A stretch of DNA of 64,000 nucleotides from Chloroflexota bacterium (GTDB lineage: Bacteria; Desulfobacterota; Binatia; UBA9968), in contig JBLMXG010000023.1 in assembly GCA_050257635.1 (NCBI GenBank), positions 82,983 to 146,982 on the forward strand, written 5' to 3'. Both the position numbers and the translations under genes were made by a program. Under the pieces are notes generated by a model that was given only the letters and a program-made list of their open reading frames with translations, had not been told where the DNA came from and searched no databases. Numbering within the stretch: the stretch's first letter is position 1; the number at the start of each line of letters is the position of its first letter. This document shows, piece by piece, positions 32,637 to 42,460 of this stretch.

Positions 32637-33377
32637 GGAACTCCTCCAATTATTTTTCAATTTTCTTACCATTGGCCCCGGTCGGAGTCAACGAAGTCTC
32701 AACGCAGCGGCACCCAAATCAGCGCTAACATGATCAAGGGGTCTGAAAAATTGAGCGAGGCACGACTCAGGCCGGGTTGCGTCAACCGCCGGACAAGCTG
32801 TTTGCTTTGTTTGGGTGGCGGTAGAGCTGCCGCCGGCCTCCAAAAGCGCTATCCTGAAGATCTTGTTATTTTTTGGGATAACCTGCCAACTAGTGGAAAT
32901 TTAGAGATTTCGAGAGCTGTGAAATTAGGCAATTCGCTACGGTCCGCTAATTTTGGCCCTGCGAGCCGATCCGGAATTACGTTATCAACAAGTTATGAAC
33001 ATTTCGTGTTAGCTCTGGCTTAGGCCGATGGGGATCCTCGGCAAACTCTAGATAGTTCGGCGATGTTAGGCCAGGCGCATAAAAGTTGCGCCATCCAGTC
33101 ATCGATAGCTTCGACTAAACTTGCATGCTGGCTCGGCTTGCGGCCACAACGGTCAAATTGTTTTTCAACGGCCACTGTAGCGTTCGGAAAGAGGCGCCGA
33201 AGTGGGACGGTTAAGCGTTTGTTTCTGGTTGATCTGATTTTGGGACGGTAGAAATAAGCCCGCCAACGGTACGGAATGGGGCTTGTTGCGCTTGAATATC
33301 CCAACACATTGTGCGATATGAATGGATTAATAGGTAAGGCTCTTTAGAAGTGTGACGGGAAAGGAGGTGAATCAAGG

Positions 33378-33623
33378 ATGGGAAAGAAATTCGTTTCGTT
33401 GTCGGCAATTACCCTCTTCGCTTTTACTCTAACATTTGTCGGTTGCGGTAAGAAAGAAGAGCCAGCTCCGCCTCCACCGCCAGCACCTGCGGAATCTGCT
33501 GCGCCTGCGCCTGCGGAATCTGCTGCGCCTGCGCCAGAGCAGAAAGCGGATGAGGCTGCAAAGGATGCGGCTCCAGCGCCGGAAAAGGCTCCTGAGAAGA
33601 AGGAAGAGGCGAAGACCAAGTAA
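33378..33623 (+). CDS. small Pro/Ala-rich lipoprotein (81 aa)
   Basis: GGAAAGGAGG RBS. Lipobox LTFVGCG, then a low-complexity PAPAESAAPAPAESAAPAPEQK...KKEEAKTK tail. Followed by a strong terminator. Confidence 0.7.
   Translation: MGKKFVSLSAITLFAFTLTFVGCGKKEEPAPPPPPAPAESAAPAPAESAAPAPEQKADEAAKDAAPAPEKAPEKKEEAKTK
33486..33533 (+). repeat. perfect 2 x 24-bp tandem duplication inside the lipoprotein gene
   Basis: cctgcggaatctgctgcgcctgcg occurs twice head-to-tail and in frame, encoding PAESAAPA x2. Confidence 0.9.
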
Positions 33624-33659
33624 AGTTCGATTGATTTACACTGGGCTTAGCCAACAAGA

Positions 33660-33692
33660 AAGGGGAAGGGATCGTATCCTTCCCCTTTTTTG
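33660..33692 (+). terminator. Rho-independent terminator
   Basis: AAGGGGAAGG-(8-nt loop)-CCTTCCCCTT, a 10-bp GC-rich stem followed by a T-run, 37 nt after the lipoprotein stop. Confidence 0.8.
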
Positions 33693-33735
33693 TGATTTCG
33701 GATTGTGGTAGTGGATTTTGGCGAGCGATTCAAAT

Positions 33736-34446
33736 ATGACGCTGACGGAGCACCTCGAGGATCTCCGTTGGTGCGTTCTAAAATCGATTTTGGCCGTTGT
33801 CCTCGCCTCGGGCATTAGCTATTTTTTCTCCGATGCGATCTTCGGTTTTGTCGTCGCGCCATTACGGCAAAACTTGCAGCCGGGTCAAAGTCTCATCGGG
33901 ACCAGCGTCACTGAAGCATTTTTTGTTGAAATAAAGGTTGCTCTCGCCGCCGGCGTACTTTTTTCTTGCCCGGTGATTTTTTATCAAATCTGGCGCTTCG
34001 TAGCGCCCGGGCTGTCGGGCAACGAGCGGAAATGGGTCGTACCGTTTGTCTTATGCGCGACATTTTTTTTCGTGTCCGGCGCGTTTTTTTGTTATCAATT
34101 CGTGCTGCCGGTAGCTTTCAAATATTTCATCGAGCAGTACGAGAGTATGGGGGTTAGTCCGGCAATTCGTATCGGCGAATATTTTACTTTTTTCTTTCGC
34201 ATGGTCTTGGCTTTTGGAGCGACGTTCGAATTACCTGTTTTCACTTTTTTTCTGGTGCGGATCGGCATCTGGGACTATCGGTTCATGCTTCGGTCGTTCC
34301 GTTACGCGATCGTGGCGATCTTTATAGTTGCGGCGATTTTGACGCCAACCCCCGACGTGATCAACCAAAGTCTTCTCGCCGTGCCGATGTTGCTACTTTA
34401 CGCTCTCAGCATCGGAATCGCGTATGTTTGGCGCAGACCCGAATGA
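33736..34446 (+). CDS. tatC: twin-arginine translocase subunit TatC
   Basis: MTLTEHLEDLRWCVLKS N-terminus, six TM segments, and FQIWRFVAPGL. The ORF opens at TTG 33718. Confidence 0.93.
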   Translation: MTLTEHLEDLRWCVLKSILAVVLASGISYFFSDAIFGFVVAPLRQNLQPGQSLIGTSVTEAFFVEIKVALAAGVLFSCPVIFYQIWRFVAPGLSGNERKWVVPFVLCATFFFVSGAFFCYQFVLPVAFKYFIEQYESMGVSPAIRIGEYFTFFFRMVLAFGATFELPVFTFFLVRIGIWDYRFMLRSFRYAIVAIFIVAAILTPTPDVINQSLLAVPMLLLYALSIGIAYVWRRPE

Positions 34447-34475
34447 TCAAAATGTACTAGGGATGAGGAGGAGTA

Positions 34476-36599
34476 ATGATCTCGTTTGTGATTGCGATTA
34501 GCTGTTTGTCATTGGTCTTTGCGGTCTTTCTGGCCCGCTACGTGATTCAACGTGATGTGGGAACGGCGAAGATGCAGGAAATTTCCAACGCCATCAAAGA
34601 GGGTGCGGAGGCGTTTCTCTCGCGGCAGAATCGAACGATCATCACTCTGTCCGCGGTTTTGGCGGTACTAATTTTCTTCCTTTACGGATTCGTCCGCAGG
34701 CCGAGCCCGGCCGACCCCGCGCCTCCGATCGAGCTGGCGTTTTGGACTACGCTGTCCTTTGTTCTCGGCGCGGCATGCTCAGTCATCGCCGGTTACGTTG
34801 GCATGTGGGTTTCGATCCGCTCCAATATTCGTACCGCCGCGGCTGTGCGCTCCAGTCTCAACGCGGGTCTACAAATCGCTATGCGAGGCGGCGCCGTGTC
34901 CGGACTTTTCGTCGTCGCGATGAGCCTCCTGGGAGTCGGCGGTCTCTACGCGGTGCTCGAAGCGCTCGGCCATGATCCGCAAAAGATTCCATTTACGATC
35001 GTTGGCTACGGCTTTGGCGCCTCGTTCGTCGCGCTTTTTGCTCAGCTTGGCGGCGGTATCTATACGAAAGCCGCGGACGTCGGCGCGGATCTCGTCGGCA
35101 AGGTCGAGGCCGGAATTCCCGAAGACGATCCACGCAACCCCGCCGTGATCGCGGATCTCGTCGGCGACAACGTCGGTGATTGTGCCGGCCGCGGCGCCGA
35201 CCTGTTCGAATCCACGGCCGCGGAAAATATCGGCGCAATGATTCTTGGCGTCGGACTGTACCCCTACTTCGGTCTCAAGGGGATTATGTTTCCGCTCGTC
35301 GCCCGCGCTTTTGGTTTGCTCGCTTCGATCGTCGGGGTCATGGTGGTCAAATGCAAGGAGAACGAAGATCCGATGGCCGCGCTCAATCGCGGCTACTACG
35401 TGACCAGTGTGCTCGCCATCATCGGCTTCTTTTTCGCCGCCCAATGGCTGCTCGCCGTAGATCCTGCGGTCCACCCGGAAGCGGTGTCCGCCTGGTTCTA
35501 TTTCTTCCTATGCGGTGTTATCGGTATCCTGATGGCGCAGGCCTTTGTTTATATCACGCAATACTACACGGAATCTAAATATCGTCCCGTCAAGGCCATC
35601 GCCGAGGCTTCCCAGACCGGGCCGGCGACCAATATCATTGCCGGAATCGCGGTGGGTTTGGAGTGCACTGCCATCCCTGTCGTGGTGATTTCGATCGCGA
35701 TCATTGCTTCCTATTATCTCGGCGGCATGAGCGGAGTGCCGCACGCCGGTTTGTTTGGGACGGCAGTGGCGACCATGGGTATGTTAGGAACCGCGGCATA
35801 TATTTTGGCAATGGATACCTTCGGCCCAATCACCGATAACGCCGGCGGCATCATCGAGATGAGCGGTCAGCCCGAAGAAGTTCGCCACAAAACCGATCGC
35901 CTCGATGCGGTGGGCAACACGACCAAGGCTTTGACCAAAGGCTACGCCATCGGCTCAGCAGCGCTCGCGGCATTTTTGCTGTTCTCCGCATACCTCGACG
36001 AAGTCGCTCATTACGGTTCGAAGCTCGAATCGGTCAACATCGCCAAGCCTGAAGTTTTCGTTGGCGGACTGTTGGGGGCGACTCTGGTCTTTCTGTTTTC
36101 CGCTTTGGCAATCCGCGCTGTCGGCAAGGCCGCTTATTACGTCATCAACGAGGTAAGGCGCCAGTTCAAGGAAAATCCCGGCATTTTGCAGGGAACCGCT
36201 AAACCGGATTACGGTCGTTGCGTCGATATCGTAACCGTCGGCGCGCTGAAGGAAATGGTATTGCCGGGAGTGATTGCGGTTGGTACCCCAGTTGCGGTCG
36301 GTCTGGTCTTTCGCCTGTTTGGTGTCGGCGCCGAGGCGGTCGCAGCGCTTCTGATGGTCGGCACGATTGCCGGTATTTTAATGGCGACGTTCCTCAATAA
36401 CAGCGGCGGAGCCTGGGACAACGCCAAAAAATTTATCGAGACCGGCGCCCTTGGCGGCAAAGGCTCCGATCCGCATAAGGCGGCGGTGGTCGGCGATACG
36501 GTCGGCGATCCGTTCAAAGACACCGCCGGCCCGAGTCTGCATGTTTTGATCAAGCTCTTGAGCACAATTACACTAGTCCTCGCGCCGTTGTTTGTTTAG
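34476..36599 (+). CDS. hppA: K(+)-insensitive pyrophosphate-energized proton pump
   Basis: GGAGGAG RBS. Motifs [11 protein letters not shown] and [22 protein letters not shown] (Lys rather than Ala) marks the K+-independent class. About 16 TM segments. Confidence 0.95.
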   Translation: MISFVIAISCLSLVFAVFLARYVIQRDVGTAKMQEISNAIKEGAEAFLSRQNRTIITLSAVLAVLIFFLYGFVRRPSPADPAPPIELAFWTTLSFVLGAACSVIAGYVGMWVSIRSNIRTAAAVRSSLNAGLQIAMRGGAVSGLFVVAMSLLGVGGLYAVLEALGHDPQKIPFTIVGYGFGASFVALFAQLGGGIYTKAADVGADLVGKVEAGIPEDDPRNPAVIADLVGDNVGDCAGRGADLFESTAAENIGAMILGVGLYPYFGLKGIMFPLVARAFGLLASIVGVMVVKCKENEDPMAALNRGYYVTSVLAIIGFFFAAQWLLAVDPAVHPEAVSAWFYFFLCGVIGILMAQAFVYITQYYTESKYRPVKAIAEASQTGPATNIIAGIAVGLECTAIPVVVISIAIIASYYLGGMSGVPHAGLFGTAVATMGMLGTAAYILAMDTFGPITDNAGGIIEMSGQPEEVRHKTDRLDAVGNTTKALTKGYAIGSAALAAFLLFSAYLDEVAHYGSKLESVNIAKPEVFVGGLLGATLVFLFSALAIRAVGKAAYYVINEVRRQFKENPGILQGTAKPDYGRCVDIVTVGALKEMVLPGVIAVGTPVAVGLVFRLFGVGAEAVAALLMVGTIAGILMATFLNNSGGAWDNAKKFIETGALGGKGSDPHKAAVVGDTVGDPFKDTAGPSLHVLIKLLSTITLVLAPLFV

Positions 36600-36622
36600 A
36601 AGACATTGGCGTCTATACCAAT

Positions 36623-36642
36623 GGCCTCTCTCTCGAGAGGCC
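36623..36642 (+). terminator. hairpin downstream of hppA
   Basis: GGCCTCTC-tctc-GAGAGGCC, an 8-bp perfect stem 24 nt after the hppA stop. It is followed by the T-rich taagtattttcttc. Confidence 0.5.
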
Positions 36643-37051
36643 TAAGTATTTTCTTCGGCCGGCAATTGTGTGAGGAGAATTCCGGTAGCGATTGGCCGGT
36701 GAATTAGTTTGCTCCGGTCTTGTCGGTAGTGGCAGTGGCCACACGACATTTGCCGGGATTACGTTGACTGAATGGAAGTCCCTGACAGCGCTCTTTGCCC
36801 TTTCTTCCAATTTCGCGGCAATACACATGAGAGTGAATTGCCCTTACCGGGGAATGGCAGGGTGATTAAGCTGCCGCTGGTGTTGCAGCCTTGTGCATAT
36901 CGAGCCGCTTCACCGATAGGCTTGGAAGAAGGTTAATCAATGCTCAGGCCCTCTGGGCAGTTTTTTTGCGGACCGCCATCACGATAAATATCGTTAAAAA
37001 GATTTCATGCCATCAAACCGAGAGCTTGCGTTTCTCAGCAAGCCAATCCTG

Positions 37052-37080
37052 TTGACAATTCGGTGTTGAGAATCTAACTT
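37052..37080 (+). promoter_or_regulatory. sigma70-type promoter candidate upstream of the ThrC-like gene
   Basis: TTGACA, a 17-nt spacer, then TAACTT, 47 nt upstream of ATG 37127. Confidence 0.3.
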
Positions 37081-37126
37081 CGACGGCCTGACATGATTCG
37101 TCAAATGTGCTCGGCATGAGGCGCGC

Positions 37127-38317
37127 ATGACTTTTGCAAAAGAGATCGTTTGTCCTCGCTGCGATAATCGTTTCGATCTCGGTCAAATACTTAACCTCTG
37201 TGTGTGCGGATCGCCTTTGCTGGTACGGTACGATCTAAAGCGAGCCGCAAGCGCGCTCTCCAAAACGGCTCTTCAAGGCCGAACGCCAACCCTCTGGCGC
37301 TATCGCGAACTGTTGCCGGTGCAAGATGACGTCAATGTCATTTCGTTGGGCGAAGGGTTCACACCGCTGCTCGAAGCCAAAATGTTGGCCCACGAGTTGG
37401 GGTTGCGGCAGGTCTGGATTAAAGACGAAGCTCAGAATCCCACAGGCTCGTTTAAGGATCGCGGTCTATGCCTTGCGGTCTCACGCGCCAAAGAGTTGGG
37501 GGTAAAAAAAATTGCCATCCCATCGGCAGGAAACGCCGGCGGTTCCCTTTCGGCTTACGCGGCGCGCGCCGCCATTGATGCCTATGTTTTTATGCCCAAG
37601 GACACGCCTGCGGCCAACCAAATCGAAGCCCGGCAGTACGGTGCGATGCTCACGCTCGTGGATGGCTTGATCAACGATTGCGGACGGATCATCGCGGAAA
37701 GAAAAACGGCGGAAGGTTGGTTTGATGTTTCGACTCTCAAAGAACCCTATCGCGTGGAAGGGAAAAAGACGATGGGGTACGAGATTGCCGAACAGCTCAA
37801 CTGGAAGCTTCCGGACGTGATCATCTATCCGACCGGCGGCGGCACTGGGCTGATCGGCATGTGGAAGGCATTCAGCGAATTGGAAGAAATGGGGTGGATC
37901 GGCCGCGAGCGCCCGCGCATGGTGTCGGTCCAAGCCAGCGGCTGCGCTCCTATCGTGAAAGCGTTCGACGAAGGTAAAGAGACGGCCGAGCCATGGCAGA
38001 ACGCCAAGACCATCGCGTCCGGGCTGCGCGTGCCGCAGGCGGTGGCTGATTTTCTTATGTTACGCGCCTTGCGTGAGAGCCACGGCGCGGCCTTGAGTGT
38101 CAGCGATGATGAAATGCTCGGAGAAATTCCCCGAGTGGGTCGGGCCGAAGGCATTTTTTTCTGCCCCGAAGGGGCGGCGTGCGTTGCCGCGCTGCGCCGG
38201 CTGAGCCATCAGGGATGGATCAAGCCGGCAGACGAGGTGTTGATTTTCAACACCGCCTCGGGACTCAAATATTTGGACGTCATTCAAGCCGCACAAGGCA
38301 CGGGCACAGCGATTTAA
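37127..38317 (+). CDS. threonine synthase-like PLP-dependent enzyme with N-terminal zinc ribbon
   Basis: CPRCDNRF...CVCGSPLLVRYDL zinc ribbon. PLP-binding lysine motif NPTGSFKDRG. PSAGNAGGS and GGGTGLIG loops. Confidence 0.85.
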   Translation: MTFAKEIVCPRCDNRFDLGQILNLCVCGSPLLVRYDLKRAASALSKTALQGRTPTLWRYRELLPVQDDVNVISLGEGFTPLLEAKMLAHELGLRQVWIKDEAQNPTGSFKDRGLCLAVSRAKELGVKKIAIPSAGNAGGSLSAYAARAAIDAYVFMPKDTPAANQIEARQYGAMLTLVDGLINDCGRIIAERKTAEGWFDVSTLKEPYRVEGKKTMGYEIAEQLNWKLPDVIIYPTGGGTGLIGMWKAFSELEEMGWIGRERPRMVSVQASGCAPIVKAFDEGKETAEPWQNAKTIASGLRVPQAVADFLMLRALRESHGAALSVSDDEMLGEIPRVGRAEGIFFCPEGAACVAALRRLSHQGWIKPADEVLIFNTASGLKYLDVIQAAQGTGTAI

Positions 38318-38327
38318 GCTTCTCCCT

Positions 38328-39311
38328 GTGGCTCCCCCGGCGCAAATCACGATCGCAATTCTCGGTGCCCGCTATGGAGATCTCGATCTCGAGCGCCATC
38401 TCCTCGGTCGTTGGCGTGCAGAGGTAGTAGAGGGAAATGGAGCAAACGAGGAAGAGATCGTTGCCGTTGCCCAAGGCGCTCGAATCATCCTCTGCGGCGG
38501 CGCCCCGAAAATAACCGCATCGGTCATCCGCCGGCTTCCCGAGCTCAAAGCCGTTGTGCGCTATGGCATCGGGGTGGACACGGTCGATCTGGCGGAATGT
38601 ACCAAGCGTGGAATCTACGTCGCTAATGTTCCCGATTATTGCATCGAAGAAGTTGCCACGCATGCGCTTACGCTCGTTCTCAACTGGTCGAGAAAATTAC
38701 CGCTGGCTCAGCGGACAATAAAAAACGGTGAGTGGGATATCGCCGAGTTGCGGCAACTTGAGTCGCCGCGGGACCAAGTTTTAGGGCTATTGGGTTTCGG
38801 GCGAATCGCTCAAGCGCTGTGCCGGATGGCTCGCGCGATTGGATTTCAGGTATGGGCCCACGATCCTTATGTCGAGAAGAGCCGGATCCAAAGGCACGGA
38901 GCCAAGCCGGTCTCGCTGCAGCGCCTGGTTCGCGGCGCCGACTTTATCTCGCTTCACCTGCCGCTCACGGCAAAGACGCGCCACGTCATCAACGCGGAGC
39001 AGTTGCGCGAGATGAAAGCCACGAGCTATCTGATCAATACTGCGCGAGGAGAACTCGTCGACGAGACAGCGCTGGAGCAGGCTCTGGAACAAGGCCGGAT
39101 CGGCGGCGCCGCGCTGGACGTCATGGAGCATGAACCGCCGGCGAGCGATCATCCGCTGCGATTTTTGGAGCGTGCAGTGATTACCCCTCATTGTGCCTGG
39201 TACACGGAGCGATCCCAAAAAGAGTTGCGCCAGAAAGCCTGCGCCGAGGCCATTCGCGTACTGCGTGGCGGCATCCCTAAACACCTTGTGAATAAGCCGC
39301 CTTTACGATAG
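38328..39311 (+). CDS. D-isomer-specific 2-hydroxyacid dehydrogenase family (CtBP/PGDH-like)
   Basis: NAD-binding GLLGFGRIAQ, YLINTARGELVD, the catalytic region GGAALDVMEHEPP, and ITPHCAWYT. Confidence 0.88.
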   Translation: MAPPAQITIAILGARYGDLDLERHLLGRWRAEVVEGNGANEEEIVAVAQGARIILCGGAPKITASVIRRLPELKAVVRYGIGVDTVDLAECTKRGIYVANVPDYCIEEVATHALTLVLNWSRKLPLAQRTIKNGEWDIAELRQLESPRDQVLGLLGFGRIAQALCRMARAIGFQVWAHDPYVEKSRIQRHGAKPVSLQRLVRGADFISLHLPLTAKTRHVINAEQLREMKATSYLINTARGELVDETALEQALEQGRIGGAALDVMEHEPPASDHPLRFLERAVITPHCAWYTERSQKELRQKACAEAIRVLRGGIPKHLVNKPPLR

Positions 39312-39520
39312 ATACAAACGCGCCGGCAATTCGACGACTCCGAAGAGGCTACATTGAATTCTATTCAGGATTCGGCGAGGAGAATACAACTCGACGGAAT
39401 AGACTTAAGTGGTGATCGAGAAATGGCGGCTTGATACAGCCGAAGCGATGAAACATTGGGGAGGAGCACCGGACGCAATTAGACGCTTGAGTTGGAGAAA
39501 ACAACAAAAAGGAGAGTGCT

Positions 39521-40549
39521 ATGAAGAGCAAACTTCTAATTCTGGCCTTCGTCACGACGATCGGCATTCCTTTTGGCGCTAAAGCGCAAAGCCAAACGAA
39601 AGATCCGCTTTTAGATGCGGCCAAGAAAGAGGGCAAAGTCGTTTTTTACTCTTCGGAAGACCGCACGGCGCTCGCGGAGCCGGTGAAGGCCTTCGAGGCG
39701 AAATACGGCATCCCGATCGAGCTCAACCGGCAATCGACTGGTCGAATTCTGAAGGTCGCCCAGTCCGAGTTCGAGACCAACACGGTTCGATCCGACGTGC
39801 TGGACATCACCAACCCGCTCGTCTTTTTTGATTGGAAAAAGAAGGGGTACCTGAAGCAATGGAAAGCCAGCCACGCCAACGAGCAGGTTACCGACCGGTT
39901 CAGAGACAACGACAATACCATCTGGTCGAGGCGGTTGCTCATTACCTGCATCGGCTACAACAAGAAGGTTGTCAGTCAAAATGATGCCCCGAAAAGCTGG
40001 CAGGATCTTGTGACACCGAAATGGAAAGACAAGGTTGCCACCGCCGGTCCAGAAGCCGGCCCAACCTTTGGCTGGATTGTCTATATGAGCCATAAATACG
40101 GCTGGGATTATTTTGATAAGCTGCACGCGAACAATCCGATCGTCGCCCCGAGCAGCGACGAGACCGTCGCACTGTTAGCCACCGGGGAAAGGCCGATTGC
40201 CATCGTAAATTGCTTTGACATCCTTGAAGCTGAGGCGCAGGGTTCCCCGATCGGAAATATCTTTCCTAAAGATGGTCTGGCCGCCTGGTGGGCCGGTCTG
40301 GCGATCCCTAAGGCTGCGCCGCATCCCAACGCTGCCCTGCTGCTGGCAAATTTTGTGATGAGCGCGGAGGGAGCTGCGGCAGCCTCCAAGGGCCGGCATG
40401 GCTATGTCGCCTATCTGAACAAGGATACGCCAATGGCAAAAGTTCTGCCGCCAATGACAGAACTGGTAAAAGGGTATCCCAAGATTGATTGGGCGAACCT
40501 TAATGCTGCGCAAGTCACCAAAGAGTTCCGAAAGCGAATGGGGCAGTAA
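39521..40549 (+). CDS. ABC transporter substrate-binding protein, family 1 (Fbp/AEP/thiamine-like)
   Basis: AAAGGAGA RBS, signal peptide MKSKLLILAFVTTIGIPFGAKA, and a KVVFYSS... periplasmic binding fold. Confidence 0.85.
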   Translation: MKSKLLILAFVTTIGIPFGAKAQSQTKDPLLDAAKKEGKVVFYSSEDRTALAEPVKAFEAKYGIPIELNRQSTGRILKVAQSEFETNTVRSDVLDITNPLVFFDWKKKGYLKQWKASHANEQVTDRFRDNDNTIWSRRLLITCIGYNKKVVSQNDAPKSWQDLVTPKWKDKVATAGPEAGPTFGWIVYMSHKYGWDYFDKLHANNPIVAPSSDETVALLATGERPIAIVNCFDILEAEAQGSPIGNIFPKDGLAAWWAGLAIPKAAPHPNAALLLANFVMSAEGAAAASKGRHGYVAYLNKDTPMAKVLPPMTELVKGYPKIDWANLNAAQVTKEFRKRMGQ

Positions 40550-40704
40550 GCACCGGCGTTACGGAGAAATCAGCGCATCATCGACAGGCGACCCGGTCGC
40601 CGGTTGGCGCGGGCTGGCTTCGCACCAGAGACCGATCGGCGTGAGCCAAAAGCCTCGCCGCTGAGAAGTACTTTGACAGGGACGCGGGGGACTATTTAGC
40701 CGTT

Positions 40705-42447
40705 ATGGCGGAACGCGTGAACCGGACAATCTCGCTTGGGCGATGGAATAACAATGGCCTGCCTTTAGCGACGCCACGCGAAGCCCCCTGGCGCCGGCTC
40801 TCGCGCGGCCTGCCGGTCATTCTCCCGCTTCTCGTTCTCGCCGTGCTCGTTGTGTATCCCGTCGCCGGCCTTGTCGGTTCGAGTTTCTTCGACGAAAAAG
40901 GCTTTACAATAGGTAATTACACCGAGCTTCTATCCCCGCGCTTCTTCAAAATAATGGTCAACACCATGACCTTGGGTCTCGGCGCCGCGGTTGTCGCCAC
41001 CGCCGCAGGGACGGTTTTCGCATGGCTATGCGTTTGCACGGACTTGCCGTTTAGAAAGGCATTCACAATCCTTCATATCGCGCCTTACGGCCTGCCGACC
41101 ATTGCCGCCGCCCTCGCCTGGATATTTCTCCTGACGCCCAAGGCTGGACTCTTCAACCGCTTTCTAATGTGGCTTTTCGGCTTACAAAACCCGCCGTTTA
41201 ACATTTTAAGCATGCCCGGCATGATCTGGGCGCTCTCTGCTCATTTATATCCGTGGGCGTTTCTGCTCACGTCGGCGGCCTTCGCGACCATGGACCGATC
41301 TCTGGAGGACGCGGCCCGGATGAGCGGGGCAAACCAATTCAAAACCTTTCGAAAAATTACCGTGCCTCTGGTTGCGCCCAGTATAGCTGCGGCCTTTATG
41401 TTGGTCTTTACGATCTCCATCGAACAGTTCTCGATTGGCGGAACCATCGGGGTGCTCGCCCGAATTCCTATCCTGCCCGTAGAAATCTACCGATCGATCG
41501 CCGTCTATCCACCGGAGTGGGGCTTTGCCACGACACTATCCGTGGTGCTCCTGTTAATCACGAGCCTGCTGATCTATGGGCAAAACAAGCTACTGGCTGA
41601 AAAGTCGTTTGTCACGGTTACGGGAAAAGAGACGATGGAGCGCACAAGGCTGGGTAAGTGGCGCTGGCTTGCCTTTGCCGCCTCGACGCTCTTTGTCTCC
41701 ATCGCAGTCCTCTTGCCCTATATTGGCATGATCATGGTATCGCTGAGTCCATCCCTGGGCGCGGACTTGACCTTGAGTAATTTTACTTTCAAACACTATG
41801 TCTACCTTTTCACCGAGCATCCATTCGTCTTTCGCGCAATCGGTAACAGCCTTTTCTTGGCAGTCTCTGCCGCGACCCTGCTCGCGCTCTTCACGCTCGC
41901 CGCGGCTGTCGTTGTCAAGCGATCGCAAATTCCGGGACGGGGCTTGCTGGGCTACTTGACTCGGTGGCCCGTGGCCATACCCGGCAGCGTTATCGCCGTG
42001 TCGCTTCTCTACACCTACATCCGGCCTCCGATTCAATTGATCGGCACGATTTGGATCTTGCTACTCGCCTATTTGATTCGGAATCTCCCCTACGCTTATA
42101 GCGCAGCCTATGCGGGACTCTCCAGGGTCGACCCTGCGCTGGAGGAGGCCGCCAGAATTCACAGTACCCCGCCGCGCCGAACCTTTTTTCGAATTATCGT
42201 CCCTCTCACGATTCCGAGCGTCATGGCCGGTTGGGTCATTGCGTTCATCAACTCGTTCAGAGAATTGCCGGCCTCGTTGTTGTTGTTCTCACCGGGAAAT
42301 GAAACCATCTCGGTAGCGATCTATGAAATGTTCGAAGAGGGAGCATTCCAGTTGACCAACGCGGCGGCGCTGATGACGTTGCTTTCACTGGTCACGCTTT
42401 TACCCGCGATCGTCATCAAACTCAGATCCCGCGAAACGGGAAATTGA
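40705..42447 (+). CDS. ABC transporter permease, fused double BPD-type domain (FbpB/ThiP-like)
   Basis: 580 aa with about 12 TM segments and two EAA-like loops (LEDAARMSGANQFKTFRKITVP and LEEAARIHSTPPRRTFFRIIVP). Confidence 0.88.
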   Translation: MAERVNRTISLGRWNNNGLPLATPREAPWRRLSRGLPVILPLLVLAVLVVYPVAGLVGSSFFDEKGFTIGNYTELLSPRFFKIMVNTMTLGLGAAVVATAAGTVFAWLCVCTDLPFRKAFTILHIAPYGLPTIAAALAWIFLLTPKAGLFNRFLMWLFGLQNPPFNILSMPGMIWALSAHLYPWAFLLTSAAFATMDRSLEDAARMSGANQFKTFRKITVPLVAPSIAAAFMLVFTISIEQFSIGGTIGVLARIPILPVEIYRSIAVYPPEWGFATTLSVVLLLITSLLIYGQNKLLAEKSFVTVTGKETMERTRLGKWRWLAFAASTLFVSIAVLLPYIGMIMVSLSPSLGADLTLSNFTFKHYVYLFTEHPFVFRAIGNSLFLAVSAATLLALFTLAAAVVVKRSQIPGRGLLGYLTRWPVAIPGSVIAVSLLYTYIRPPIQLIGTIWILLLAYLIRNLPYAYSAAYAGLSRVDPALEEAARIHSTPPRRTFFRIIVPLTIPSVMAGWVIAFINSFRELPASLLLFSPGNETISVAIYEMFEEGAFQLTNAAALMTLLSLVTLLPAIVIKLRSRETGN

Positions 42448-42460
42448 GAAGAGAAGTCAC

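Noticed and set aside
32604-33307. Track ORFs 32604-33023 (plus strand, 139 aa) and 33020-33307 (minus strand, 95 aa) as real genes
   Set aside because: They have no RBS, an Arg/Ser/Cys-rich composition unlike neighbouring proteins, and low GC. They are treated as non-coding or possible gene decay (see finding).
33378-33623. The small gene directly upstream of tatC as a candidate tatA/tatB
   Set aside because: It has a lipobox (FVGCG) and a Pro/Ala-rich tail. It lacks the TatA N-terminal TM plus amphipathic helix with the FG hinge. It is also separated from tatC by a strong terminator.
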